The notes under the pieces were generated by a model. That model saw only the letters and a list, made by a program, of their open reading frames with translations, did no database searches and was not told the DNA's origin. A stretch of DNA of 34,801 nucleotides from a bacterium (GTDB taxonomy: Bacteria > Patescibacteriota > Minisyncoccia > Minisyncoccales > GCA-002788555), in NCBI GenBank assembly GCA_021158595.1, contig JAGGUF010000079.1, positions 1 through 34,801 of the forward strand, written 5' to 3'. Positions within the stretch are counted from its first letter, which is position 1, and each line of letters starts with the position of its first letter. Shown here in pieces: positions 26,539 through 34,801 of the stretch. A program made the translations under genes and the position numbers.

Positions 26539-27603
26539 TTATCCCAATAATCTAATGGCTACTCCAATTATTGCAAAAACAACTCCTATTATCCAAAACC
26601 TCATTACAATCTTTGGCTCTTGCCAACCTCGGGCCTGAAGGTGTTGATGAATAGGGGCGGAGAGAAATATTTTCTTTTTTCGAATCTTCTTTGATAAAAG
26701 TTGAAGAATGACCGAACCAGATTCTATCACCAAAAGTCCTCCAATAACAGGCAGAACCAAAACAGAATCAGTTAAAAAGGCAACCACTGCCAGGGTAGAG
26801 GTTAGGGCTAAACTTCCTGTTTCTCCCATATAAAATCTTGCTGGAGGAATATTAAACCACAAGAAGGCAAGAATGGTACCTGTAATAACTCCACAAAAAG
26901 CAGCAAGGTTGATTTGGTTCTGAGCAAAAGCAATCACCCCAAAGGCACCAAACATTGAAGCAAAAGCCCCTCCCGCCAACCCATCCAAGCCATCAATTAC
27001 TCCTCCAGACCAGCAAGCCAACATCACTATCACAAAAAGCAAAATATAAAAGGGACCAATAAAAAAATCACCATTTCCAGGAATATGAATGGTTTTCCAA
27101 TCAAGTTTAAAATAAAACCAGAGGCCTCCAATTAGCCCAATTAGACTCACCATTAAAAACCTTTCTCTAAAAGTAAGGCCCCCAGCAATATATTTTCCCT
27201 TTCCTTTAACCTGAAGGATATCATCAAAGAGTCCTACCAGGGCGGCTGTTATCAGAGAAAACATTGGCAACCAGGTCTGAGAACGAGAAAGAAAATTTAG
27301 TTTCTGAATCCAAAAGAAATCTGGAAAAAAATAAGAAAGCGACCAAAAAAATAAAGCCTCTATTAAGGTAGTGACCCAAATCAAAAGACCTCCAAATCGA
27401 GGAGCAGAGACTTCTTTTTCTTTATGAAGTTTATAAAAAATTTTTGCTTCCTTACCATCGATGGTTTTGGTTCTCACACTCTTCCGCCAAAGTTTGTGTC
27501 GATAAAGAAAGTTGGTCAAAGCAGGAGTAGAAAAAACCGCTAAGACACTTCCTACTACCGTTAGAAAAAAGACCTTAATTACATTAATAGCAATTGGCTC
27601 CAT
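26539..27603 (-). CDS. mraY: Phospho-N-acetylmuramoyl-pentapeptide transferase
   Basis: Multi-TM; GLFDD, IDGLDGLAGG, FNIPPARFYMGETGS, SAPIHQHL, IVMRFWI. Confidence 0.92.
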   Translation of the reverse strand: MEPIAINVIKVFFLTVVGSVLAVFSTPALTNFLYRHKLWRKSVRTKTIDGKEAKIFYKLHKEKEVSAPRFGGLLIWVTTLIEALFFWSLSYFFPDFFWIQKLNFLSRSQTWLPMFSLITAALVGLFDDILQVKGKGKYIAGGLTFRERFLMVSLIGLIGGLWFYFKLDWKTIHIPGNGDFFIGPFYILLFVIVMLACWSGGVIDGLDGLAGGAFASMFGAFGVIAFAQNQINLAAFCGVITGTILAFLWFNIPPARFYMGETGSLALTSTLAVVAFLTDSVLVLPVIGGLLVIESGSVILQLLSKKIRKKKIFLSAPIHQHLQARGWQEPKIVMRFWIIGVVFAIIGVAIRLLG

Positions 27604-27607
27604 ATCC

Positions 27608-28558
27608 TTACTGCCATATATAGGCAGTCTTTAGCCAGTTATAAAGTTGTTCTGACTTCTGAAGTCGTTCGCCAATACCTACCCCTAAAATAACTATTAC
27701 TATATTTCCTTTTACCTTTCCAAAGGGCTTGCCTACCAAAATCATAGTCTCTCCAGCATCTTCAGTATATCCGGTTTTTCCTCCCAAAATTCCTTCTTTA
27801 TCAAGAAGGGTCCTGGCTACATTCCGAGGATGATGTGGAATCTCTCTTCCAGAAGGATCCTTTCCAATCACATCTTTCTCTTTTGTTCCCAGAATCTTCC
27901 AAATAAGAGGATAGTTTTCAATAGAATATTCTGTCATTTTGGCTAACTCATAAGCAGAAGACAAATTATTATTGTGATCCTCTTCATCCAGTCCATGAGG
28001 ATTTACAAAGGAAGTATTTAAAAGTCCAATCTCTTTGGCCTTTCCATTCATTGCTCTTACAAACTTTCTTTTCCCCATTACCTCTGCCAAAGCAGAAGCA
28101 GCATCATTACTTGAAACCAAAAGCGAAAGGTCAAGTAGTCCTCTAATGGAAATTCGCTCTCCTACCGATAACCTTCCTGACTCTCCCAATGTCTGAACTG
28201 CCTCTCGGCTTATTGTAACCTCTTTATCTAAAGTATAATTATCAATTACCACCATTGCTGTCATTATCTTAGCCAGAGAGGCAAAGGGTAGTCTTTCATT
28301 AATATTTTTCTTGTACAAAATCTTTTCTTTTCCCTCAGGAGTAAAAAGAACGGCAATGCCTGCCTTCTCGCCTAAGTTTATTTCTGGTTCTTGAGGATTT
28401 CGAATCGGAAAAGACTCTGCCCTTTCTCCCCCACCCTGTTCTTTCAAAACCACTTGATTTACTCCTCCCTCCTTTTTCTCTCCAAAAGGAAAAAAGACAA
28501 AAAGTAAGATAAAAAGAATAATTAAAAGGAGAATAATAAGAATAGATATCCTTCTCAT
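27608..28558 (-). CDS. D-alanyl-D-alanine carboxypeptidase (peptidase S11)
   Basis: N-terminal TM; ASLAKIMT (SxxK), SSNDAA (SxN), FVNPHGLD, GGKTGYT. Confidence 0.92.
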   Translation of the reverse strand: MRRISILIILLLIILFILLFVFFPFGEKKEGGVNQVVLKEQGGGERAESFPIRNPQEPEINLGEKAGIAVLFTPEGKEKILYKKNINERLPFASLAKIMTAMVVIDNYTLDKEVTISREAVQTLGESGRLSVGERISIRGLLDLSLLVSSNDAASALAEVMGKRKFVRAMNGKAKEIGLLNTSFVNPHGLDEEDHNNNLSSAYELAKMTEYSIENYPLIWKILGTKEKDVIGKDPSGREIPHHPRNVARTLLDKEGILGGKTGYTEDAGETMILVGKPFGKVKGNIVIVILGVGIGERLQKSEQLYNWLKTAYIWQ

Positions 28559-28577
28559 AGATCTTATTTTCTAGATT

Positions 28578-29612
28578 TTAATCTTTTAAAACCTCCAATC
28601 CAGGCAATCTTTCATTTCCTAAAAACATAAGCATTGCTCCTCCACCAGTGGAGAGAAAATTAAATTTCTTTTTAAGATGATATTTCAATATGGCAAGAAG
28701 GGTTTCCCCTCCTCCTGCTATCTTAAAACCTTTATTTCTTGAAATTGCTTCTGCTATTGCCTTTGTGCCTTTAGCAAATTCCTCTTTTTCAAAACATCCC
28801 AAGGGTCCATTCCAAACTATTGTTTTGCCTTTTAAAATTATTCCTTTAAATCTGTTTATAGTTCTGGGACCAATATCCATGTTCTCTCTAAAATCAGAAG
28901 GCAAATAGAGTTTGGGGTGAGAAAAATTGATATTACGGGCTATCTTTCCCCCTACAAGAACATAATCAGCAAGGGAAAGAAATCTCTTAATTGCCGGAAG
29001 TTTTGTTTTTATCTTTACTCCTCCAAAAACACCCACAAGGGGCCTTTTGGCATTTTTCAATACATAGGTTAAAACTTTGATCTCTCTCTCAAGCCAAAGC
29101 CCGGCATAACTGGGTAAAAACCTGGGAATCCCCACAATGGAACAATGACTTCGATGGCAAACCCCAAAGGCATCATTCACAAAAATATCTGCCAATTCTG
29201 AGAGTTTTTTTGCAAATCCTAAATCATTTTCCTTCTCTTCTTTATAAAATCTTAAATTCTCTAAAACAACTATCTCTTTGGGCTTCATCTTTCTTATTTC
29301 TCTCTCTATCCTTTCTCCGATACAATCATTTAAGAATTTTACCTTTCTTTTTAATAACTTCTCTAATCTCAAGGCAACAGGACCTAAGGTATATCTTTTA
29401 AGATCTTTTTCAGATTTTGGATTAGGTCTGTCTAAGTGGCTGATTAAAATTATCTTTGCCTCCTTTTCAAGTAAATACCTTATGGTAGGAACAATAGTGC
29501 GAATCCGGTAATCATCTAAAATCTCCCCTTTACTTCCCAAAGGACAATCAAATCCTGCTCGAACCAAAACAGAACTTCCTTTTTTAATCTTTGCCTCTTT
29601 AAGGGTTTTCAT
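28578..29612 (-). CDS. pgk: Phosphoglycerate kinase (shortened)
   Basis: DDYRI, SHLDRP, LENLRFY, NDAFGVCHR, WNGPLG, STGGGAML. Confidence 0.95.
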   Translation of the reverse strand: MKTLKEAKIKKGSSVLVRAGFDCPLGSKGEILDDYRIRTIVPTIRYLLEKEAKIILISHLDRPNPKSEKDLKRYTLGPVALRLEKLLKRKVKFLNDCIGERIEREIRKMKPKEIVVLENLRFYKEEKENDLGFAKKLSELADIFVNDAFGVCHRSHCSIVGIPRFLPSYAGLWLEREIKVLTYVLKNAKRPLVGVFGGVKIKTKLPAIKRFLSLADYVLVGGKIARNINFSHPKLYLPSDFRENMDIGPRTINRFKGIILKGKTIVWNGPLGCFEKEEFAKGTKAIAEAISRNKGFKIAGGGETLLAILKYHLKKKFNFLSTGGGAMLMFLGNERLPGLEVLKD

Positions 29613-29613
29613 A

Positions 29614-30603
29614 TCAAAGAGGATGTCTTTTTATCTTTACTCTTCCAAACCTCCAGATAGATTCATTCCTATTTAAAAGCCCATTCTTTGCGCCGAATCT
29701 CTGAAGACAAGAAACAGCATTAGCAGAACCAAACTGAATAGCGTATTCAATATCATTAGGTCTTTTAATAAGGCCAGTAACAAAACCTGAACCAAAGGCA
29801 TCCCCACAACCCGTCCGATCTACTACTTTTTTTGCTTTTAATACTCCACTCTCATACAAATAATTTCCATCTGAAACCACCACACCCAAAGGACCCTTTG
29901 TCATCACTACAATCCCTTCAACCCACTCATCCAGGGTTTTAAAGATTTCTCTTTCTTTATGATAGGGCAATCTTGTGGCCAAGGAAGCCTCCTCTTGATT
30001 TAAAATTAAGACATCAATAAAATTAAGCAGTCTTTTTAGTCTCTTTTGCGGAAGAGAAAGTTGGGAGTTGCCTGGATTTACTGCTATTTTTATATGGTTT
30101 TTCCGGGCAAACCTCAAAATAGGTTCAAAGATTTTTACCAACCTTCCTGAAAGGGGGGCAAGATAAAACCACTTCGCCTTAAGTTTCTCCCAAGGAATGC
30201 TTTTCTTTTGTAAATCTTCTGATGCTCCCCGGTAGGCAAGTACAGTCCGTTCATTTGGGCTGGAAAGAATCACTGAATAATTGGTGTGATGTCTTTTACT
30301 AAAAAAAAGAAAATCAGTAGAAATTCCCTTTTCTTTCAGTTGTTCTTTGATTTGTCTTCCTATAATATCCTCTCCAACCATTCCACAATAAGCCACCTTA
30401 AATCCCTGGTTTTTAAAGGTAAAAGCAGTATTTGTTCCTCCGCCTCCACTTAAAAACTCTATTTCTTCCACCGGAATTTTTGAACCCAGGGAGAGACAAA
30501 GTCCTTTTCCAGTAAAAAATTTCTTTTCCTTTCTAACCTTAAAACTTCTGCTTTTCAAAAAAACATCCTGGGTAGCCGAACCAAAGGTGATAATATCAAA
30601 CAT
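29614..30603 (-). CDS. PfkB family carbohydrate kinase
   Basis: FDIITFGSATQDVFL, GGGGTNTA, NQEEA, DRTGCGDAFGSGF; start set to ATG 30603 because the longer ORF start lies in the repeat. Confidence 0.92.
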   Translation of the reverse strand: MFDIITFGSATQDVFLKSRSFKVRKEKKFFTGKGLCLSLGSKIPVEEIEFLSGGGGTNTAFTFKNQGFKVAYCGMVGEDIIGRQIKEQLKEKGISTDFLFFSKRHHTNYSVILSSPNERTVLAYRGASEDLQKKSIPWEKLKAKWFYLAPLSGRLVKIFEPILRFARKNHIKIAVNPGNSQLSLPQKRLKRLLNFIDVLILNQEEASLATRLPYHKEREIFKTLDEWVEGIVVMTKGPLGVVVSDGNYLYESGVLKAKKVVDRTGCGDAFGSGFVTGLIKRPNDIEYAIQFGSANAVSCLQRFGAKNGLLNRNESIWRFGRVKIKRHPL

Positions 30604-30604
30604 A

Positions 30605-30869
30605 TAATTGCTAACCAATTTGGTAACGGTTTGATTGTTATTATCTCCCTCCCCCACCTATATCCTTCCTCTCCCAGAGGGAGAGGGAGGAGAAGGAGGA
30701 AGCCCCGCCTACATCCTCTCAGATCCTCGCCTGTATCCTCCCCCTCCCAAAGAGAGGGGGGAGGAGTAAGGAGGGGATTCCCCAAAATCCTCCCCCTCCC
30801 ACAGGGAGGGGAGGATTAAGGAGGGGGAGGGTCTATTTTTTATTTCGTTACGGAATTGATTGGATAGTA
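30605..30869 (+). mobile_element. MITE-like copy R7: left arm, three core units plus a truncated unit, degenerate right arm
   Basis: Left arm TAATTGCTAACCAATTTGGTAACG; cores 30647-30831; right arm CGTTACGGAATTGATTGGATAGTA (17/24 to inverted left arm); flanks TATCAAACATA (30594-30604) and GATCAAATATA (30870-30880). Confidence 0.85.
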
Positions 30870-30880
30870 GATCAAATATA

Positions 30881-32899
30881 TTAATGGGAAATCATTTCCA
30901 AAAATTCTTTTTCTCCAATTATTTTTACTCCCAATTTTTTTGCTCGCTGAAACTTTGAACCTGGATTTTTTCCTGCTACTACAAAATCAGTTTTTCTGCT
31001 CACAGAATTGGTTGCTTTCCCTCCTAATTCTTTGACCCTTTCTTTTGCTTTATCTCTGGACATTGACTCTAACTCTCCAGTAAAGACAAATATTTTTCCT
31101 TTCAATTTCTCGCTTATTGCCTCCTTTTTCTCTTTTTTTATAACAACTCCTGCTTTTTCTAATTTTTTTAATAATTCTATGTTTGATTTGTGAGAAAACC
31201 AATTTTTAATTTCTTTAGCCGCCTTTGGGCCAACTCCTTCAATTTCTTCTATTTCTTGCTGAGAGACTTCCTGAAAGAGATTTATGAGATCTGAAATGTT
31301 TTTAATCTTCTGGCCAAAATGATTTTTGATAAGTTCGGCTGTTTCCTCTCCCACATATTTGATTCCCAAAGCAGTAATCAACCTTCCAAGAGTTATATTT
31401 TTTGCTTTTTCAATAGCCTCGACCAGATTTGAGGCTGACTTCTCAGCAAATCTCTCCAAAGGCTGAAGATCTCCTTCTTTTAAAAAGAAAATGTCAGGTG
31501 CCTGAGAAATCAATCCGGCATCCATTAACTGATCAACAATTTTAGGACCGAGCCCCTGAATATCAAATCCCTTCTTTGAAACAAAATAATAAAGTCTATT
31601 TCTCTGGCGAGCACCACAGTTCTTGTTTGAACAATAATGAGCAACCTCTCCTTCTGGTCTTATTATCTTGTGATGGCAAATCGGACATTTATCAGGCATT
31701 TTGAAAACCTTTGCATTCTTGGGGCGAAGTTCTTTAATCACTTTTACTATATGAGGAATAACATCTCCTGCCTTCTCTACAATTACGGTATCTCCGATTC
31801 TGGCATCTAATCTTTCTATTTCATCAGCATTGTGTAGGGTAGCCCTTGTCACAACTGTTCCAGCGAGATTGACAGGTTTAAGCACGGCTACGGGCGTAAC
31901 CTTTCCTGTTCTCCCTATCTGAACCAAAATATCTTTTAAGATTGTGGTTGCCTGTTTTCCTGGCCATTTGAAGGCGATCGCCCAGCGGGGTGCCTTACCA
32001 GTATAACCTAACTTATTCTGGTATTCCCTTCTATTAAGTTTTACCACTACTCCATCAATCCAATAATCCTCTTTTTCTCTTTTTTCTCTCCATTCTTTCC
32101 AATACTCAATCACCTCTTTAATATCTCGGCAATATCTAAAATTCTTATTCACCTTAAAACCAAGTGCTTTTAGTTTGTTCAATTCCTCAAATTGGGTTTT
32201 GGGAATTTCTTTTTCAGGCCAAGAAAGGTCATAAATAAAACAGTCAAGATGGCGTTCTACTGCCACCTTGGGATCAAGTTGTCGAATACCTCCAGCGGCT
32301 GCATTTCGGGGATTGGCAAAAGGAGGTTCTCCTTTTTTCTCTCTTTGTTCATTTAGTTTTCTAAAGACGCTTTTTTTCATATAAACCTCTCCCTCAACCA
32401 CCACATCAAGGTCTTTTCTCAAACGCAAAGGAATACTCTCTATGGTTTTTAGGTTTTGGGTAACATCCTCTCCAACCTTTCCATCTCCTCTAGTAGCCCC
32501 GGTGGTAAATATTCCTTTCTTATAGGTCAAAATAATGTGCATCCCATCGATTTTCAGTTCAGCGGTATAATCAACATTATTGGTATTTAGTTCTCTCTTT
32601 ATCCTCTCATCAAATTCTTTAATCTCTTGCTCATTAAAAGCATCATTAAATGACCACTGAGGAACAATGTGGCGAACCTTCTTAAATTCCTTAAGAGGCT
32701 TTCCCGCAATTCTTTGGGTAGGAGAATCAGGGGTGATAAACTCCGGATACTTCTGTTCTAACTCAAAAAGTTCATGTTTTAGAGAATCCAAAGCCGAATC
32801 AGGCATTATTGACTTATCCAAAACATGATAGGCATATCTTGCCTCCCGAATCACCTTTTTTAGTTTTTCAATTCTTTCTTTTGCCTGTTTTTTATTCAT
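30881..32899 (-). CDS. ligA: NAD-dependent DNA ligase
   Basis: SPTQRI, ELKIDG, TRGDG, ANPRNAAAG, PRWAIAFK, zinc finger, BRCT; start set to ATG 32899. Confidence 0.97.
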   Translation of the reverse strand: MNKKQAKERIEKLKKVIREARYAYHVLDKSIMPDSALDSLKHELFELEQKYPEFITPDSPTQRIAGKPLKEFKKVRHIVPQWSFNDAFNEQEIKEFDERIKRELNTNNVDYTAELKIDGMHIILTYKKGIFTTGATRGDGKVGEDVTQNLKTIESIPLRLRKDLDVVVEGEVYMKKSVFRKLNEQREKKGEPPFANPRNAAAGGIRQLDPKVAVERHLDCFIYDLSWPEKEIPKTQFEELNKLKALGFKVNKNFRYCRDIKEVIEYWKEWREKREKEDYWIDGVVVKLNRREYQNKLGYTGKAPRWAIAFKWPGKQATTILKDILVQIGRTGKVTPVAVLKPVNLAGTVVTRATLHNADEIERLDARIGDTVIVEKAGDVIPHIVKVIKELRPKNAKVFKMPDKCPICHHKIIRPEGEVAHYCSNKNCGARQRNRLYYFVSKKGFDIQGLGPKIVDQLMDAGLISQAPDIFFLKEGDLQPLERFAEKSASNLVEAIEKAKNITLGRLITALGIKYVGEETAELIKNHFGQKIKNISDLINLFQEVSQQEIEEIEGVGPKAAKEIKNWFSHKSNIELLKKLEKAGVVIKKEKKEAISEKLKGKIFVFTGELESMSRDKAKERVKELGGKATNSVSRKTDFVVAGKNPGSKFQRAKKLGVKIIGEKEFLEMISH

Positions 32900-32901
32900 A
32901 G

Positions 32902-32922
32902 TTTCACGGTTCACGCTTCACG
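32902..32922 (+). repeat. 7-bp tandem repeat (NTTCACG x3)
   Basis: tttcacg gttcacg cttcacg between the PilX-like stop and the ligA start. Confidence 0.7.
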
Positions 32923-32931
32923 CGAAGTGAG

Positions 32932-33402
32932 TTAATACTCTCGGGATTTTATTCGAACCACATTGGGAGTGGCACCAGTATACTCCCCTTTTGAATCGAT
33001 ACAATAATTACCAGCATCACAAGTCTCTCCCCCTGCCCAATCCGGTCTTGTCCCTCCACTTGGAGTAATAACTACAGTATAAAATGCTCCATTGCTTAAG
33101 GGATTACGATCAGCATCAACATTTCCGCATGAATCACAATTACTACTGTCTTTATCTATAGTACACTGACTTGTAGGATTACTTTTTCTTGCACAATACA
33201 TTCCTCTTTCTACTCCTGCATCGGCCGCATAGTATGCAATCTCTGAATACTCATTAACCTCAGCAAATTTTAGTTCCTGGGCAGTAAAACGGGTTATTAC
33301 CATACTAATTGCCCAAAATGCAGCGATAATAAAGAGAACCAAAATAAGGGAAACACCTTTATTACCTTTGCTTTTTAACTTCAAAGATCGAAGGTATTGC
33401 AT
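32932..33402 (-). CDS. PilX-like minor type IV pilin
   Basis: KG|VSLILVLFII hydrophobic helix and AYYAADAGVE motif; Cys-rich C-terminus. Confidence 0.8.
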   Translation of the reverse strand: MQYLRSLKLKSKGNKGVSLILVLFIIAAFWAISMVITRFTAQELKFAEVNEYSEIAYYAADAGVERGMYCARKSNPTSQCTIDKDSSNCDSCGNVDADRNPLSNGAFYTVVITPSGGTRPDWAGGETCDAGNYCIDSKGEYTGATPNVVRIKSREY

Positions 33403-33414
33403 AATTTACATAAT

Positions 33415-34629
33415 TTATTCGATATATTCAATATGAAGAATGGGAGCATCATCAGTATTATCCCCATCACAATTATTCCAATCGCAATCAGCAGAGCAGA
33501 TTTTTCTTTCTGTATCACTATCGGAATTACTTTCTTCCCAAAAAATAACTATAGCATTTCCCGGTACCCAACCTGGTTGATTAATAATCTCTTTAATTAT
33601 ATCTTTAATATTAGGACTAGAATATTTCTTTCCCTCTTCCCACCCTTCTGAGAAATCCCATTCTACCGAGGCACTTGTTCTTGGACGACTAGCGAAAGTA
33701 TCAGCATCATCTCCACTAAAGTCATCAGCATTATCACTATTTTCTCCTATAAGAAAGGTTCTCATATTACCACTCTTTGTTAAATAAGCCTCAAAAGTGA
33801 TAATAGCATTTAAAATAGTTGCTCCTTTAGGAATAGTAATATCCCCTTCTCCGTCACCATCCTCATCAAAAAACCTCATGCCAATATCGAAAAGGTTGGT
33901 TTCATATCTTCCAACTTTTAGAAAGTCTTCCTGTGTATTGATTGAGCTACTTCGAGTAACATAGCAATCATTTTCTTTTGTTCCTTCATTATCTCTCACT
34001 CTCACATTCACTACCTTCACCTTCCCCACATATTCATTTACTAAGTCTTTTTGATCAATTGTCTTCTGAAGGGTTATTCCTGATATTCCTGTTTTTTCAT
34101 TTTTGGCTTTGGCTTTGATAACAATTGTTGTTCTCGGCTGTCTGTCATTGTTTCCCGCAATACTATCGTCAATATAAAAGGAAAGATCCTCCACTATCAC
34201 ATTAGAAGAGGTAATAGCAGGACAATCTCCTTCTTCTCCATCTGTTTTTGAAAAATCACAATTAGGTTCATCCTTGGTTTTTACCTCCAATTGGTTTTCA
34301 TTCATATCAAAGTGGTATTTCAGACAATCCTCTACATTAGAAGAGCAATCTGAACCAGGATTCTTTGAAGAAAGATTTATAACTAAGGTGGTATATTTTC
34401 CTGTTTCTTCGTTTTTATCCATCAAAGCCCTAATCCTACCCTCCTCTATATCTCTTGACATTACTTCCATCGCATATCTTATATTATCATTTACCATTTG
34501 TGTTTCAACCGCTGCTCGATGCTTGGTAACAATGGTTGAGTAAAGAGAAAGAACTACTATTGTCAAAATAGCAAAGATAGAAACAGAAGTAACAAGTTCA
34601 ATTAAAGTGAAACTTTTACATTTTAGCAT
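33415..34629 (-). CDS. Prepilin-type N-terminal cleavage/methylation protein (PilW/PulJ-like) with an extra C-terminal domain
   Basis: KS|FTLIELVTSVSIFAIL, NIRYAMEVMSRDI, LQKTI; acidic C-terminal domain (GMRF...TIPKGATILNAIITF...QPGWVPGNAI). Confidence 0.85.
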   Translation of the reverse strand: MLKCKSFTLIELVTSVSIFAILTIVVLSLYSTIVTKHRAAVETQMVNDNIRYAMEVMSRDIEEGRIRALMDKNEETGKYTTLVINLSSKNPGSDCSSNVEDCLKYHFDMNENQLEVKTKDEPNCDFSKTDGEEGDCPAITSSNVIVEDLSFYIDDSIAGNNDRQPRTTIVIKAKAKNEKTGISGITLQKTIDQKDLVNEYVGKVKVVNVRVRDNEGTKENDCYVTRSSSINTQEDFLKVGRYETNLFDIGMRFFDEDGDGEGDITIPKGATILNAIITFEAYLTKSGNMRTFLIGENSDNADDFSGDDADTFASRPRTSASVEWDFSEGWEEGKKYSSPNIKDIIKEIINQPGWVPGNAIVIFWEESNSDSDTERKICSADCDWNNCDGDNTDDAPILHIEYIE

Positions 34630-34652
34630 ATTAGCATTTTAACATTTTAGCA
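34613..34652 (+). repeat. 8-bp tandem repeat (TTTTAGCA-like x5)
   Basis: cttttaca ttttagca tattagca ttttaaca ttttagca directly after the four-helix-bundle stop; contains the pilin ATG. Confidence 0.85.
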
Positions 34653-34801
34653 TTATTTTATTGATTGGAGAGAACGCCAGAGCATAGCACCAATTTCTTC
34701 AGTTAACTTTATTGCCTTTTTGTAATCTTTTTGAGTAATATAAGTTTCTTTTAAAGAAAAATATAAAAGATACTTTGATTCTTTTAAAGAACCGTAAGAA
34801 A
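34653..34801 (-). CDS. Four helix bundle protein (23S rRNA IVP-like family), 5' part outside the window
   Basis: Manual translation SYGSLKESKYLLYFSLKETYITQKDYKKAIKLTEEIGAMLWRSLQSIK*; GSLKE and EIGAML motifs; flanked by short tandem repeats. Confidence 0.85.
   Translation of the reverse strand, partial: SYGSLKESKYLLYFSLKETYITQKDYKKAIKLTEEIGAMLWRSLQSIK

Noticed and set aside
28578..29612. pgk as a pseudogene because it is short
   Set aside because: Frame intact and catalytic motifs present; only an internal C-domain segment is reduced
30555..30819. ORFs 30555-30785 (-), 30631-30819 (+) and the pfkB extension to 30657
   Set aside because: Pro/Gly/Arg-rich translations of the GC-rich repeat; family motifs start at ATG 30603
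30605..30869. Elements as integron attC sites (AAC...GTT in the arms)
   Set aside because: Arms do not fit RYYYAAC/GTTRRRY well, lengths vary up to 265 bp, neighbours are housekeeping genes and no integrase is seen
3948..34543. Remaining short antisense or nested ORFs in the six-frame track
   Set aside because: All overlap well-supported genes, tRNAs or repeats and show no motifs
34653..34801. Four-helix-bundle gene as Avd of a diversity-generating retroelement
   Set aside because: No reverse transcriptase or TR/VR pair with adenine-specific mismatches seen in the window; cannot be excluded beyond the edge

Overview
AT-rich bacterial chromosome segment, most consistent with Patescibacteria/CPR (Parcubacteria-like; inferred from gene content and style, e.g. 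few SD motifs, extended L32, short ThrRS and PGK, membrane-anchored Clp ATPase). TGA is used as a stop. It holds mostly housekeeping genes (ctpA, LCP, ftsI-ftsL-mraZ without rsmH, Clp ATPase, mreB, proS, ppsA, rpsP, rnc, nusB, rpmF, rnhB, dnaE, thrS, miaB, miaA, mraY, DD-carboxypeptidase, pgk, PfkB kinase, ligA, two type IV pilin-like genes, a partial four-helix-bundle gene) and three tRNAs (Ser-CGA, Glu-CTC, Lys-TTT). The most striking signal is non-coding: seven intergenic copies of a GC-rich element whose core is both an inverted repeat and a homopurine mirror repeat (intrastrand-triplex architecture). In six copies the core carries one or both ~22-36 bp terminal arms (TAATTGCYAACCAMTTTGGTAA), and three of these are flanked by 11-bp direct repeats matching 9/11, i.e. 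MITE-like. The seventh core array sits inside a different shell, an IS481-type remnant (TGT...ACA ends, perfect 6-bp duplication) whose transposase is almost entirely missing. A second layer of 7-8-bp tandem repeats occurs next to the four-helix-bundle gene, upstream of mraZ and inside ProRS and RNase HII coding sequences.
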